Positions 44,785 through 55,847 of a stretch of 64,000 nt of DNA are shown here, piece after piece. The first letter of the stretch is position 1; each line of letters opens with the position of its first letter. Location of the stretch: assembly GCF_000142905.1 (NCBI RefSeq), contig NW_013657660.1:272056-336055 (forward strand), read 5' to 3'. This DNA comes from Thecamonas trahens ATCC 50062 (lineage: Eukaryota; Protista; Apusomonadida). The position numbers were made by a program, and so were the translations under genes. The notes under the pieces are model-generated. The model worked only from the letters and a program-made list of their open reading frames with translations. It did not search any database and was not told the origin of the DNA.

Positions 44785-47483
44785 TCAGGTCGACGGAGAC
44801 GGCGAGCGTGAGGTGTGGCCAGAGTCAAACGAGTTGCCGGTGGCAAGCACCAACTCTCCGCCGGTCACACCGAGAGCCACGCCGCTGCCTTGCGAGTCGA
44901 GCGACGAGTTGAGCGACGCGTACGCCATGGGCGTCACCGTTTGGGACGCGCGGAGCGACATGACGATCCGAACGGCGGCGGCGGCTACAAGCGCAATAAC
45001 GGTGAGCGCAACAAGGGCAAGGAAGGCCGGGCCGGCCCCCTCCTTGCTCAGCATGTCGTGGTCAACAGCAGCAGCGAGAGCGGCAAAGAGGAGCGGGATG
45101 ACAACCGACGCCAGCGCCTCGGCCAGGCTGATGAGCGAGGTGTGCGGTCGAAAGGCAACAAGGAGGCCGCCGTGGACGGCAAGCACCGTGATGGCGACCG
45201 CATACCGCAGACTGACGTGGGCGTCGACGACCAGCGCGGCCGCCGCAAGCAAGAACTGCTGGAGGTAGAAGCCGAGGTGGAACCAGCGGAGCCGTGGGGA
45301 GCGGTACGCGTTGAACACAAGCGCAAAGCGAGCCGCAAAGTCAGGCGGCGAGTACAACTGCGGCCACCAGGCGTTGAGGACCGAGAGCGTGACAAAGGTG
45401 ACGACCGGAAGACCGATGCCAAAGTGAACGAGGAGCGCCCAGCCGGTGTAGGCCGCCATGGTGTGGGTTGACTGGTAGCAAAAAACCCGCGGGTCGGCAA
45501 CAAGCAGGAGCGCATCACCCGACTCGGTCCGCATGCAGTTGAGCGCCTCAAAGCCGAGCCGGACGGCGGGCGTGTAGGCAAGTCGCAGCGCTAGCGCGAT
45601 GGCCAACACCCGGCGTGCCTTCAGCGCAGACGCACGCTCGCTCCCACACGCCTTGCTAGCAATGAGAGCAACGATGAGCGGCGCGGCAAGCCACACAAAG
45701 ACAACCACGACGTTGACGCCAAAGATGGTGGCAAAGGTGGCATGGACCGAGAGGCAGAGCGGGCGGATGCCGGCGAGATCGAGGCCGAACAGCGAGACCG
45801 CACCGTAGAACTCGAGCGCAGCATTGGGAAGCGCAATCGTATCGCCCAGGCCGACCGCGTACACGCCCTGCAGTGTGGCGAGAGCAAACGAGAGCGAGTG
45901 GAGAATGAAGCGCGGGGCCAAGATCATGACAGCGGCGGCGCTAAAGACAAATGCAGCCAGGACGGTGACCAGGAGCGGCGCCAGAGCGCTCGAGCCACAT
46001 GGCACACACTCGGTCGCTCCGCGCTTAAAGTGATTGTCGGCGCAGGCAAGGCAGAGCTGGCCGGTGTAGCCGGGCGCGCACGCCGAGTTCTCCCGCCAAG
46101 ACACAGTTCTCGGATAGGGCAGCGGTCGACGTAGTCGGCACCCTCGCCTGAGTTCCAGTACCCAGGCAGTGGCCAGACCCGGTCGCCACCCGGGCACGTC
46201 GCCCCTGGAGGGCAAGACGAGCACTCAAGCCGATTGCGGTATGTGCCTGGCGCGACACACGCCCCGCCGACAAATGCCAGCAGCGCTCCGCTGGCATCGC
46301 TCGCCACGTCGTCCCACGGTCCGACCACGGCCTCGAGCGCCGCCGGCCCGGGCGCGGTCATAGACGGTAGTGTCACGTTGAACTCGACGACGTTGCCGAC
46401 TACGGCCACGTCAGAGATGATGCCAGTGACGCCGTTGATGCGGAACGAGGTGACCGGCGTTGGCCAGTTGGCAAGAACGGCGACGCGGAGGGAGATGGGG
46501 GTGAAGACCGGGTACGTCGACGGCGTGACCGAGACAATAGCATTCGTCACGCAATCTTCACCGGCACTTCGCCCCGACGACCCACCAGCGCAGCGGTGGC
46601 AGACGTCGAGTTGGCCGCCATCGGCACAGCACGTTTCCTTGGTGCAGCACGCCGACGAGACGCAGAGCCCCGACGTGCACTGAGCCGCCCGGGTGCAGAA
46701 CGTGCCAGCCGCGCGCGGTGCTGCGCACACTGTGGGGTCGGGGCAGACAAAGCCGGTAGGCACTGCAGTTGCTAGGTTCGGGTCGCAGGTCGACTTGACA
46801 AACGGCGCCGAGCCTGGCAGCACAGCCGTGGCCGCCAGCGGGCCGGCGCACTCGGTGATGCATGCCGCCGGCCCACAGGTGACCGAGCTCCCGCGGCAGG
46901 CTGCCACACCTGAGCACTGCATCGCGCACCCGCCTTCGGTGGTTGGGCAGGTGACTTGCAGATCAGAGCAGGCGTACGGCGCCGAGCACGCGATCGAGCA
47001 CGCGCCTGAATCTGGGCAGACAACCGTCGCGTTGGAGCATGCGCCGTCCATACCCGAGCACACCACCCGGCAGTCGCGGCCGTCTGGACACGTGATCGTC
47101 GAGTTGGCACATGCGCCCAGGCTTGTGCACGAGATGACGCACACCCCATCGGGGCAGCCAGAGCAATGCGGGGGGCAGCTTCCGGTGCCGCACACGGCCG
47201 AGTCGCAGGTCGGTTCGAGGACAGCAGGCACACACGCTGTGGCAAACGGCGTCGAGCCTGTCGGGCAGCCAGTGCACTTGGCCAGATGATCCGGCGCGTC
47301 GCTATCGGTGGCACACGTGCCCAGACCATCGCCACACACCACCCCGCGGCACACGTCTGCCGCCGCCGCCAATGTGGGCGTGGAAGGCGCCGGGAAGGTT
47401 CCACTTGCCACGACGACGGCGACGAGTGCAATGGCGACAGCCTTCCACCACCGCACCAAACCTCGTCTTCGAACCCTTTGCAT
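44785..47483 (-). CDS. Cys-rich cell-surface protein with Ig/TIG-like segment and multi-pass C-terminal membrane domain; -1 frameshift near 46093
   Basis: Signal peptide; many CxxxxAC repeats; CSSCPPGATCPGG..PLPGYW; CAPGYTGQLCLACADNHF; about 9-10 TM helices. Confidence 0.75.
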
Positions 47484-47776
47484 CACCTCCAGGAAGGTGC
47501 TCTGGTGGAGGACGAGTGTGGCGTTGAAGATGGTGAGGAAGCGGCTGCCGCGCAACGGTGGTGGGCCTTTGGTCCTGCTGCCTCGGCAGTGCGCACTGTG
47601 ACTGATGCGCGCACGAGCAAATTGCAACGAATGATGATGGTACGGGACGAATGGCGGTGGCAACGAACAAATGGCTGCCATTCCAAAAATTGTAATCGGA
47701 TTCGAGTCGGCGAGCAAGCAACTGGTGGCCTGTTCCCCTTGCTCGGTTGAACGACCAACCAACTCCAATATTCACA

Positions 47777-48789
47777 ATGGCTGTCGACGCTGCTACCGCT
47801 TGGTACGTTGGAAGTTTGCCTTGCGCTGCTGCGGGCGCTGCGGGGTTGTGTGTTTTGGGCGGGAGTAGAAGGGGTAGAGAGTTTCAGTAGAGGTTGTAGA
47901 GCAGGGGCATGCTACCGGCACTAGTGGTGGGGTGCTAAAGGAGGATGAGATGGCGGAGCAGGCGCTGTAGTAGGGGTGCGTGCGTTGCCGCGAGCCTGTG
48001 GCTATGAAAAAAAGGTGGTTTATTCGAAGAGCGACCAGCGGGAGAGGCACTCACAGAATGCGGGCGTGGTTCTGTTGGGGGACAGGGATGAGGTCTGTGA
48101 CCAGGCCAACGACCGCAACTGGTAAGTATTATGTGTGAGGAAAGAAAGAGCATGTGGGCGTGAGAGCGTGCGTCGTTGCCGGAGCCGACTCGCTCCCTCC
48201 TCCCCCCCCCCCCCTCCTGTGGTTGCGGGGATGTCTCGCCTGCTCGGTTTCTTGAGAAACGGCGGTGACACGCCGACAGGCTCGCGGCCTGGCGGCGGCG
48301 GGACGAGCGGCGAGGCATGGTGGCGAATTTTTCCTGCACGACGACGGCATGCGCAGCGGGAGGCCGAGGTGGCGGGCGACTCACAAGAATGTTTGCGGGT
48401 ACAGGGTCATCGTTAACACCGACCTGGAGGTTGTCAGCACTGGCAACGGTGGCCTCGAGGAGATGAAGGCTGCCTTTGACGACTCGGAGGTCCAGTTTGC
48501 CGGCTTTGTGGTCTACGGCATCGACGACCGCGGCTCGACCGTGTCGAAGCGCACCAAGACGGTGTTCTGCGTGTGGATCGGTTCGGGCGTCGGCGCGCTT
48601 GCCCGCGGCCGCGCTCTCCGCTGCAAGGACGAGGCTGCCAACCTGTTCAACGGCCACAACCTCTCGATCGACGTTGACGACACCGACGACCTGACCCAGA
48701 AGGCCATCGCCGACCGCCTCCTCAAGGCCGGTGGCGCCCACAAGCCGACCGCCTACGACTTTGGCCCCGAGCAGGTTATGGAGCTCTAG
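47777..48789 (+). CDS. COTL1: Coactosin-like ADF-H actin-binding protein; exons 47777-47802, 48086-48121, 48405-48789
   Basis: AWDEVCDQANDRNWVIV..GNGGLEEM..DDSEVQFAG..SKRTKTVFCVWIGSGV..LLKAGGAH. Confidence 0.85.
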
Positions 48790-48938
48790 GCATTGTGTAG
48801 CCCCATCCTTCCGCAGTGAATCATGTCCTGCCATTGTTGTGCTGTGCTGCCAGCAGCCCCCCCCCCCTGTGGCCTTCCTCGGCCTTTAAGCCAGCTACGC
48901 CAATGAGTCGCTTTACCTCCGTCACACAGCTACAGATG

Positions 48939-49274
48939 CTACGACACCATGTTTGACGGCTCCTTGAGGCAGTACAGCGGGATCTCATACTTGTAACCGA
49001 GGCGGTCGTACGACTCGGTGAGAACGCCCGACGGGACGGTGATGGCGGCGGCGAGGAGGATGTCGTTGGCCGCGGATCGCGATGGCGCCTCCACTGCCGA
49101 CTTGAGTGCTGCCCAGCACTCCTCATTGCCACCATAGTACGGCGCCGTGTCCCAAAACTCCTCGCGCTTACGTGCCAGATCGTCCTTGGTCATAGGCTCG
49201 TCCGACTTCCATTTGGGGACGACACCTGTGAGCGGGCCCGACGAGCCAGCCGCCGACGATTGTGAGCAGCCCAT
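48939..49274 (-). CDS. UBTD: UBTD1/2 (DC-UbP) N-terminal ubiquitin-binding domain protein, myristoylated
   Basis: MGCSQS; KREEFWDTAPYYGGNEECWAALK; YDRLGYKYEIPLYCL..PSNM. Confidence 0.88.
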   Translation of the reverse strand: MGCSQSSAAGSSGPLTGVVPKWKSDEPMTKDDLARKREEFWDTAPYYGGNEECWAALKSAVEAPSRSAANDILLAAAITVPSGVLTESYDRLGYKYEIPLYCLKEPSNMVS

Positions 49275-49639
49275 AGTCCAGACAAGGTCTTGCTCTTTTG
49301 ACTTTCCTGGTTCTTTGCGACTTTGCCTTGCCCTGCCTTGCCCTGCCTTGCCTTGCCTTGCCTCACCAGCAAACGTTACGCTTCTTCCTGGTCCTATCGC
49401 TCGTCGTATGGTGCAGAACACAGACGCGGCGACCTGTTGTCCAGCACGCCTACTACCAATCCACCGGCACCTACCAACACCAAAGAGTGTCGTCCACAAG
49501 TACCCACTCGTCTAACGTCCACCGTCAGAGAGATGTACGACCTGTGTCTTTCCTCCCCCCTCCCCCCTCGCCGCTAGCCTTCCCCCCCCCCCCCGTTCGG
49601 ACTCGGCTGATTTGACGAACGCAGCGCGTGTCGCCACCC

Positions 49640-49690
49640 GACTCGCCGACTCGCCGACTCGCCGACTCGCCGACTCACCGACTTGCCGAC
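49640..49690. repeat. 8-bp tandem repeat (ACTCGCCG)n, about 6 copies, in a divergent intergenic region
   Basis: Read directly. Confidence 0.8.
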
Positions 49691-49807
49691 TTGCTCGCTC
49701 GGACTAGTCGCGAAAAACACGACCTTTTTTAGGGCGAGAGCTGAGGCAGAGGCCACCGTCACCGCCACTCTCTCCACTTGTCGCTGCACTCCCTTGCGAC
49801 AACCGCC

Positions 49808-52147
49808 ATGATGGCTGTCACAAGCAGCGTTGCCATGGCTGTCACCACTGTCACCTCTGTTCCGCAGTCTCCATCGCCGTCACCGACGTCGTCGTCGTCG
49901 TTCTCGCCGTCTCTCTCGCCTCTCCGTAGAGCCGAGGGCGAGGGCGAGGACGAGGGCGAGGGCGAGGGCGAAGCTGAGCTCTCGAGCTCGCTCCCGACCC
50001 TGCCGTCGCTCTCGCCACCATCGCTCTCGCACCCGTCACCGACCTCGCCTCCGTCAACCTCAAAGCTTGTGGCCAAATCGTACCTGTCGGCGGGGACCTC
50101 GCCGCGTCGCGCGTCACGAAGGGAGGCTCTGCTCAACTTTGTCCCGTCGTCGCCGTCGCGCGAGACTGTCATCTCTTCGCCGCACAAGCTGTCTGCTGCT
50201 GCAGCCGCGGCTGCACACTCACAGGCGAGGGCACGGCCACGGCAGAAAAGATCGGGGCCGAACTCTCCGCAGCGAATCCGCGTCGCACCGGACGACATGG
50301 TGTGCGCGGCGCTCGGCGCGAGGTCACAGGTGTGCTCGGTCGGCGACGTGCCCGTGTGGATGCATCTTGCGCCGCGGATCCACGGGCGAGTGCTCGCGGT
50401 GTTTGACGGCTCGGCCGAGGTTCAGCTCTTTGCCACGCCTCAGCAGACGCACTGGGGCGCGGCGCTGCCGTGCCACGGCAAGGGCGAGCTGCTGCGGACC
50501 CGGCTGGTGCTCGTTGTCCCGCTCGCGTCACTCGAGGCCCACATCTCGATTGAGCCGCTGCGGGCGTTCCAGACGCGGTTTGCCCATGGTGCGTACAGCT
50601 ACGACCCGGATCGCAACTTTTACTTTACATCCGACTACGATGCGCACGGCCGCGCGCTGGTCCCGCTCGGGCCGAGCGAGCTGGAGCACACGCTCACCAC
50701 TCCGCGTCGCATCGCGGCCGCCTCGACCGCCAGCCGGGCGGCGGCCGTTCCGGGCGTCTCGCCAGGCAAGCGTCGTCGCATCGTCGACTCGGATTCGGAG
50801 TCCGAGTCTGGCGGCGACGACGACGACGACTTTGAGGCGGCGCCGATGAACATCCCGGTGCCGCCGGCGCGAAGCCGGCCACGGGTCCGAGCCGAGCGGC
50901 GGGCCGAGCCGGTTGGGGGGCGGAGTCGCGGCGGCGGGCCCATTCGCAAACGGGCGCGGCGGTCGCTGGTCTCGACCTGGCGCGAGTCAGCCAACAAAAT
51001 CCAGACCGAGGCGCGCAAGTCCGGCCGGCGGCACGGCGGGCCGCGGTCGAGCGCCTCGCTCCGTCAGCGGCCGACTGCCGAGTGGCTCGAGGGCATGGCC
51101 GCGTACCTCGCGGCGTCGTCGATGAAGCACGAGCAGCAGGTGCGGAGCGGGGCAAGTCTGCGGGTGCGCCCCACCGGCGGTGCCAGGGCATCCGAGGTGC
51201 TGGCTTCCGACGACTCGCTGCACGACTTTGTGGTCGACGACCTGGGGTCCGGCACGGACGAGGTGGCCGGCGGGCGGGTGCATGGGGCGGGCGGGGCGGT
51301 CAAGTTCCCGCCGATGGCGCCGGGCCGCAGGCTGACCAACGCGTGCCCGCTCCTCCGCGAGTTTGGCGACTTTGTCCACTTTGTGGCGGCGTGTTTTGTC
51401 GACGCGTCGTTCTGTGAGTCGGTCGCCGCCGAGGACGCTGCCGCCGGCGCACCGTCGTTCCTCCTTGCCGCTGCGCGCAAGCTCCGCAACGCGCTCGACG
51501 TTCGCAAAGACTCGCTCGTCCGGTCCAACTCATGGCGGATCCGGTTTTCAGACGCGCTCGAGGCGCACCCGCAGCTCGAGGGCATCGACCTGTCGACGCC
51601 GCTGACCCATCCGCACAATGCAGTCCCGCCATCCTCGTCCGAGTCGGACGACGAGGCGGCTGCACTCGAGTCTGGGTGCGAGGCGTGCGGCGTGTCGACC
51701 CATACTGCACGGCACGCGGTCCTCCTCGGCTCCACCCACGCTCGCTACGACGCCAGCGAGTGGTGGATCCGGCCGTGGTCGCACCCCAATGCCCGCGGCA
51801 TCGCCGTTGCACTCGCGGGCAACAGCACGTGGATAGGAAGCATGTCCAGCAGCGAGGCTCGGCCCGGCACCCGCTTCGAGCTTGGCTCACTCTGCTTCCG
51901 CCGCGCGCTCCTCTTTCACAGGCTGCACCACTTTGCCTTCAAGCTTGCGCTCCGCGTCCGCCGCAAGATCCTCACCCTCGCCGACGAGCTCAGCGTCGTC
52001 CTCGACTCGACGTCCGAGACACAAGAGACCATCCAGACTCGGGCACTCCTAGTCAAGTCGCTCCTGCACTCGTCCGAGTGGTTTGCCGCCGAGCACCAGG
52101 AGCTCACCACCACCATCGACGCTGCCGACGCACTCCGCACCCGTTAG
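49808..52147 (+). CDS. Protein with putative BAH domain and C-terminal DUF4211 (CCDC82-like) domain
   Basis: BAH-like QLFATPQQTHWG..HGKGELLRT..VPLASL..FYFTSDYD; DUF4211-like LVRSNSW..FSDAL..CEACG..YD..FELGSLCFRRALLFHRLHHF. Confidence 0.65.
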   Translation: MMAVTSSVAMAVTTVTSVPQSPSPSPTSSSSFSPSLSPLRRAEGEGEDEGEGEGEAELSSSLPTLPSLSPPSLSHPSPTSPPSTSKLVAKSYLSAGTSPRRASRREALLNFVPSSPSRETVISSPHKLSAAAAAAAHSQARARPRQKRSGPNSPQRIRVAPDDMVCAALGARSQVCSVGDVPVWMHLAPRIHGRVLAVFDGSAEVQLFATPQQTHWGAALPCHGKGELLRTRLVLVVPLASLEAHISIEPLRAFQTRFAHGAYSYDPDRNFYFTSDYDAHGRALVPLGPSELEHTLTTPRRIAAASTASRAAAVPGVSPGKRRRIVDSDSESESGGDDDDDFEAAPMNIPVPPARSRPRVRAERRAEPVGGRSRGGGPIRKRARRSLVSTWRESANKIQTEARKSGRRHGGPRSSASLRQRPTAEWLEGMAAYLAASSMKHEQQVRSGASLRVRPTGGARASEVLASDDSLHDFVVDDLGSGTDEVAGGRVHGAGGAVKFPPMAPGRRLTNACPLLREFGDFVHFVAACFVDASFCESVAAEDAAAGAPSFLLAAARKLRNALDVRKDSLVRSNSWRIRFSDALEAHPQLEGIDLSTPLTHPHNAVPPSSSESDDEAAALESGCEACGVSTHTARHAVLLGSTHARYDASEWWIRPWSHPNARGIAVALAGNSTWIGSMSSSEARPGTRFELGSLCFRRALLFHRLHHFAFKLALRVRRKILTLADELSVVLDSTSETQETIQTRALLVKSLLHSSEWFAAEHQELTTTIDAADALRTR

Positions 52148-53223
52148 TGGGCGTGGGCACACAATGCCTCGTGACTCTCGCGCTCGGTAAGAAGAACAAC
52201 AGCATCGCAGCCCGCTGGATCGCGCTCGTACAGCTCGCCGCGCGCCGCGACTTCTGCTGGTGGCAGAGGCCGGAGGCCGTACTTGCATGCGATCCGCAGC
52301 GAGCCGACCAGTTCGCGGACCATGTGGTTCGGTGCGAGGTCCTGGGTCGATAGCGGCGTGCGATCGAGCGGACAGGCCGAATGGAGGTCAACAACACGGG
52401 TAAAGCACGCTTGACACGCGCTGTGGCCGCAAGGTGCAACTACGGCGCGTACGACAACGTCGAGGCAGATCGGACAAGCCAGTGCGTCCGGCGCCTCGTC
52501 GACAAACACCCGCGGCTCGTCGTCGCCGTCAGCGGCAGCGGCGAGATCCGACCAGAGTAGCTGCATGCCGTCCGCGCCGAGTCGCGGTGCGGCGCGGACG
52601 GCGCCGGCCTCTAACATGTAGTAGTGATGGTTGCAGTCGGGATCAGAGAGGCACTCGGCGCAGGCGGCAACGACATGGTAGCCGACAACCGTGTCTGTGC
52701 CTGCGGCAGCGCACGCGCCACAGGCGACATCGCGGATGACGCAACTGCAGTGCGGCGCTTCTCGCGGCTCGCCGGTCTCAACCACATGTGGGGTGACCAG
52801 ATCGGTCGAGTACAGCTCGTCACCGGTGGCAATGAGGTTGACGACGACGCCGCGGTGGCAGAGATGCAGCTGGCACGCCGCGCACTCGAGGACAACCACC
52901 GGCGGATCGGCCCCAGCATCGCCACGGATCGCCGCCTCGTTGGCCACCACCATTTCTGTCATCGCCTCAAACATTGCTGCCAGATCGTCGTCAATCTCGC
53001 CAAACTCCATCCCGCTCTCGACCAGTGCCGTCAGCGCTTCGGGCATCATGCACATGGCCTCTGTCTCGTCGTCGTCGTCGTCGTCGTCGTGGTCACCAAT
53101 ATCACCAGCGTGTGCCTCGAGAGCAGCCCACACCGCCGCCAGTGTTTCGCCGGAAAGAACCAGGGGTTGCGCTTCTGCCTCATTTCCTGTGGCTGTGTCT
53201 GGCACGTCGTCGTGATTGGACAT
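52144..53223 (-). CDS. FAM72 domain fused to TRAF7-like RING-HC and TRAF-type zinc finger
   Basis: FAM72: LECAACQLHLCHRG..ELYSTD..CSCVIRDVACGAC..VVGYHVVAACAECL..NHHYYM..LLWSDL; RING CPIC..CGHSAC..C..CPLD; LRIACKYG..DPAGC..HEALC. Confidence 0.82.
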   Translation of the reverse strand: MSNHDDVPDTATGNEAEAQPLVLSGETLAAVWAALEAHAGDIGDHDDDDDDDETEAMCMMPEALTALVESGMEFGEIDDDLAAMFEAMTEMVVANEAAIRGDAGADPPVVVLECAACQLHLCHRGVVVNLIATGDELYSTDLVTPHVVETGEPREAPHCSCVIRDVACGACAAAGTDTVVGYHVVAACAECLSDPDCNHHYYMLEAGAVRAAPRLGADGMQLLWSDLAAAADGDDEPRVFVDEAPDALACPICLDVVVRAVVAPCGHSACQACFTRVVDLHSACPLDRTPLSTQDLAPNHMVRELVGSLRIACKYGLRPLPPAEVAARGELYERDPAGCDAVVLLTERESHEALCAHAH

Positions 53224-53561
53224 GCGGGGAGGAGGTGAGGAGGAGGGGAGAGGAGTGCCGGAAGGGGGGGGGGGGGAAGGGGGGGATGGGTGCGGATAGA
53301 GTGTGTGATCGGGTGGTACACGCGCAGCTGTACGGACTACAATGTGTGTCCTGTGGTGATCGTGTGGCGATGGGGTTGTTTGTGGGGTATCAGTGATGGC
53401 AGATGGGCAGGCAGGCAGGCAGGCAGGCAGGCAGCCGGATGCCATCGACTCCATCCATCCATCCATCCCGGGCTGTCAGCTCACGAGGGACATAGGTGAG
53501 GAGGGGAAGACGCAGGGATAGAGTCACACACTGAACTTGAACTTGGAAGAGGGAGTGGACA

Positions 53562-54467
53562 ATGACAGACGAGGAGCAACGGAAGAGAAAGCATGAGGGC
53601 GATGAGGGCGATGAGGTGGCTGTGAAGAAGAGCAAGCTGTTGAAGGACAAGAGCAAGAAGAGCAAGAGCAAGAGCAAGAGCAAAGACAAGAGCAAGAGCA
53701 AGGACAAGGGCAAGGGCAAGGGCAAGGAAAAGGACAAAGACAAGAAGAGCAAGAGCAAGAGCAAGAGCAAGAGCAAGAGCAAGGACAAGAGCACCAAATC
53801 CAAGTCCAAGTCCAAGTCCAAGTCCAAGTCCAAGTCCAAGTCCAAGGCCAAGTCCAAGGACAAGGACAAGTCCAAGGCCAAGTCCAAGTCCAAGGCCAAG
53901 GCCAAGGCCAAGTCCAAGTCCAAGTCCAAGTCCAAGGCTGCCTCCGGATCAGACTCGGGATCGGGATCGGACTCGTCTGCCGCCTCGGCCTCGGCCTCAT
54001 CTTCCTCCTCTTCGTCGTCCTCCTCCATCTCGCCCGAGGAGCGCGCCGCGCGTAAGAAGCTGCGGAAGCAGCAGCGGAACAAGATCATCCGGGGTGCTGC
54101 CGACGATGACGAGATCAACGCCTTGCGTCCGTCCGGAACAAACGGAAACATCATGGCGCTCAAGTACCTGTGGGACTTTGTTTATGATCGCTCTTCGTGG
54201 CGCTTCCAGAAGGTCCGTCAGACGTACCTGCTCAAGTCGATGTACTCGGAGCAGCGCCTCTCGTCGACCCACTTTTCGTGGCTGCTCAAGTACCTCAGCG
54301 GCCTCAAGGGCAACGCCCGCGCCGTCACCCTGCAGCAGGCCCGCGACATCGTCCGCGCCGTTGACGATCCGAACTCGGGCTTTCCCATCCCCGAGCCGCC
54401 CGCCCCGACAGAGGCCGAGCTCGCCGCAGAGCTCGCCGCCAACACCGCAGCCAACGCCGCGGCTGCT

Positions 54468-54548
<81 letters not shown>

Positions 54549-54734
54549 TCCAACGCTGATGCCGACACCAAGCAGGTCGACACCGCTGCCGCCGCCGCTG
54601 CGGAAGTCGAAGACGTCGATCCCAACGCAGTTCCCCCGCTTGACGTCACCGCCGTCCCGGACCCGACTCTCACCGCGGACTCGACCAAGTACATGCGCGC
54701 TGCGGCCATCGTCGCCCTCCTCATCGACGAGTGA
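53562..54734 (+). CDS. WKF domain (DUF2373, C7orf50-like) protein with long Lys-rich N-terminus
   Basis: ALKYLWDF..SWRFQKVRQTYLLKSMY..LLKYLSGLKGNAR; RAAAIVALL at the C-terminus. Confidence 0.85.
53643..53937 (+). repeat. Coding AAG-NNN hexamer array encoding (KS/KD/KG/KA)n
   Basis: aagagc / aagtcc / aaggcc repeats read directly. Confidence 0.9.
54468..54548 (+). repeat. Coding microsatellite (GACGCC)n encoding (DA)n
   Basis: About 13 perfect copies read directly. Confidence 0.9.
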
Positions 54735-54759
54735 GCAACGCCTGTTTACCTCGCGCGCA

Positions 54760-55683
54760 CTACAGCGCCTTCAGTGCCTCGTACAGCTCATTGAAGACTG
54801 CCTCGAGTGCAGCCGGGCCTTCACTCTCGATGCCCCTGCGAATAGAGGCGTCAATGCTCTTCGGCTTGTCGCCGCGCTTCTTGACCTTGACGCTCATGGC
54901 GTCCTTGATGTCGTCGGCATCGCGCGAGTGCTCCGCCACCTCCGCCAACTTGAGCGTACCTGTCACAACCCCGTTACAGCCTCATCGTCCTCTACGCCTG
55001 GCACCGCCGCCGCCGCCGCATCCGCATCCGCATACCACGCCCACTTGAGCGTGACATCCAGCTCAAATCCCGGCCGCTTCTTCTGCCGGACAAAGACCAC
55101 CGATGCGTCGCCGGTCACCGACTCCACCCCGCACACCCGGCACTGCGGATGGAGCTCAATCCCGAGCATCCGGACCTCCAGAAAGTCGCGCGTATGGCTC
55201 AACACAGACTTTTCCTCCCTATAATCCACCCCCCGCCATCCCCAATCCCAACACTCCCTGATGTGAGTCCCCCCCCCCCTGCCCCCTTGACATCCAGCCC
55301 GGCTGGCCAGCTGCCCAATGTGGCTCTGTCCCCGATCCCGATCTTCACGAAGCCAGCGGCAGGCTCCAGAGGACGGGCGGGGCGGCGAGGCACCGACATG
55401 GTTGCGAGCGTCCTTGACAGAGAAGTCATACTTCTAGCTTCAAGTAGACTAGGTTACTAGCAACACTTATGTGGTATAACACTACGGTATGGCTCACGTA
55501 CCAAGTCCCGCCGGTGTTCCAGGCCGACGCGCCCGGTACGACGCTCACCTGGGCCTCAGCCTCGGAGGCGATTTGCTCCGGAAGCCGCTGCGAGTCCGGC
55601 ACGTTCCGCGCCCAGTACCGGTACCCACCGGCGTTCTTCTTCTGCTCCTCCTCTGCTGCAGCCACAGCCGGATCCATGTCCAT
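54760..55683 (-). CDS. Hsp90 activator Aha1 N-terminal domain protein (Hch1-like); intron 55501-55219; -1 frameshift near 54970
   Basis: SAWNTGGTW|EEK; VTGDASVVFVRQKKRPGFELDVTLKW; GTLKLAEV. Confidence 0.78.
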
Positions 55684-55847
55684 GATCGATGTCTGTCGGG
55701 TTGAGTGTGCCGTGCATCCGTCGTCTCCAGCCGCTGCCTCGTCGCTTATCTCGCCCGCCCCCCCACTCGTCCACTCGCCCACTCGCCCACTTGCCCGCCC
55801 ACGATCACCACACCCACCACCCATGGAGACTAGAATGCGGGGGCCTT

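Noticed and set aside
48939-49274. UBTD lacking its C-terminal ubiquitin-like domain as a novelty
   Set aside because: Short N-domain-only forms occur in other non-animal eukaryotes
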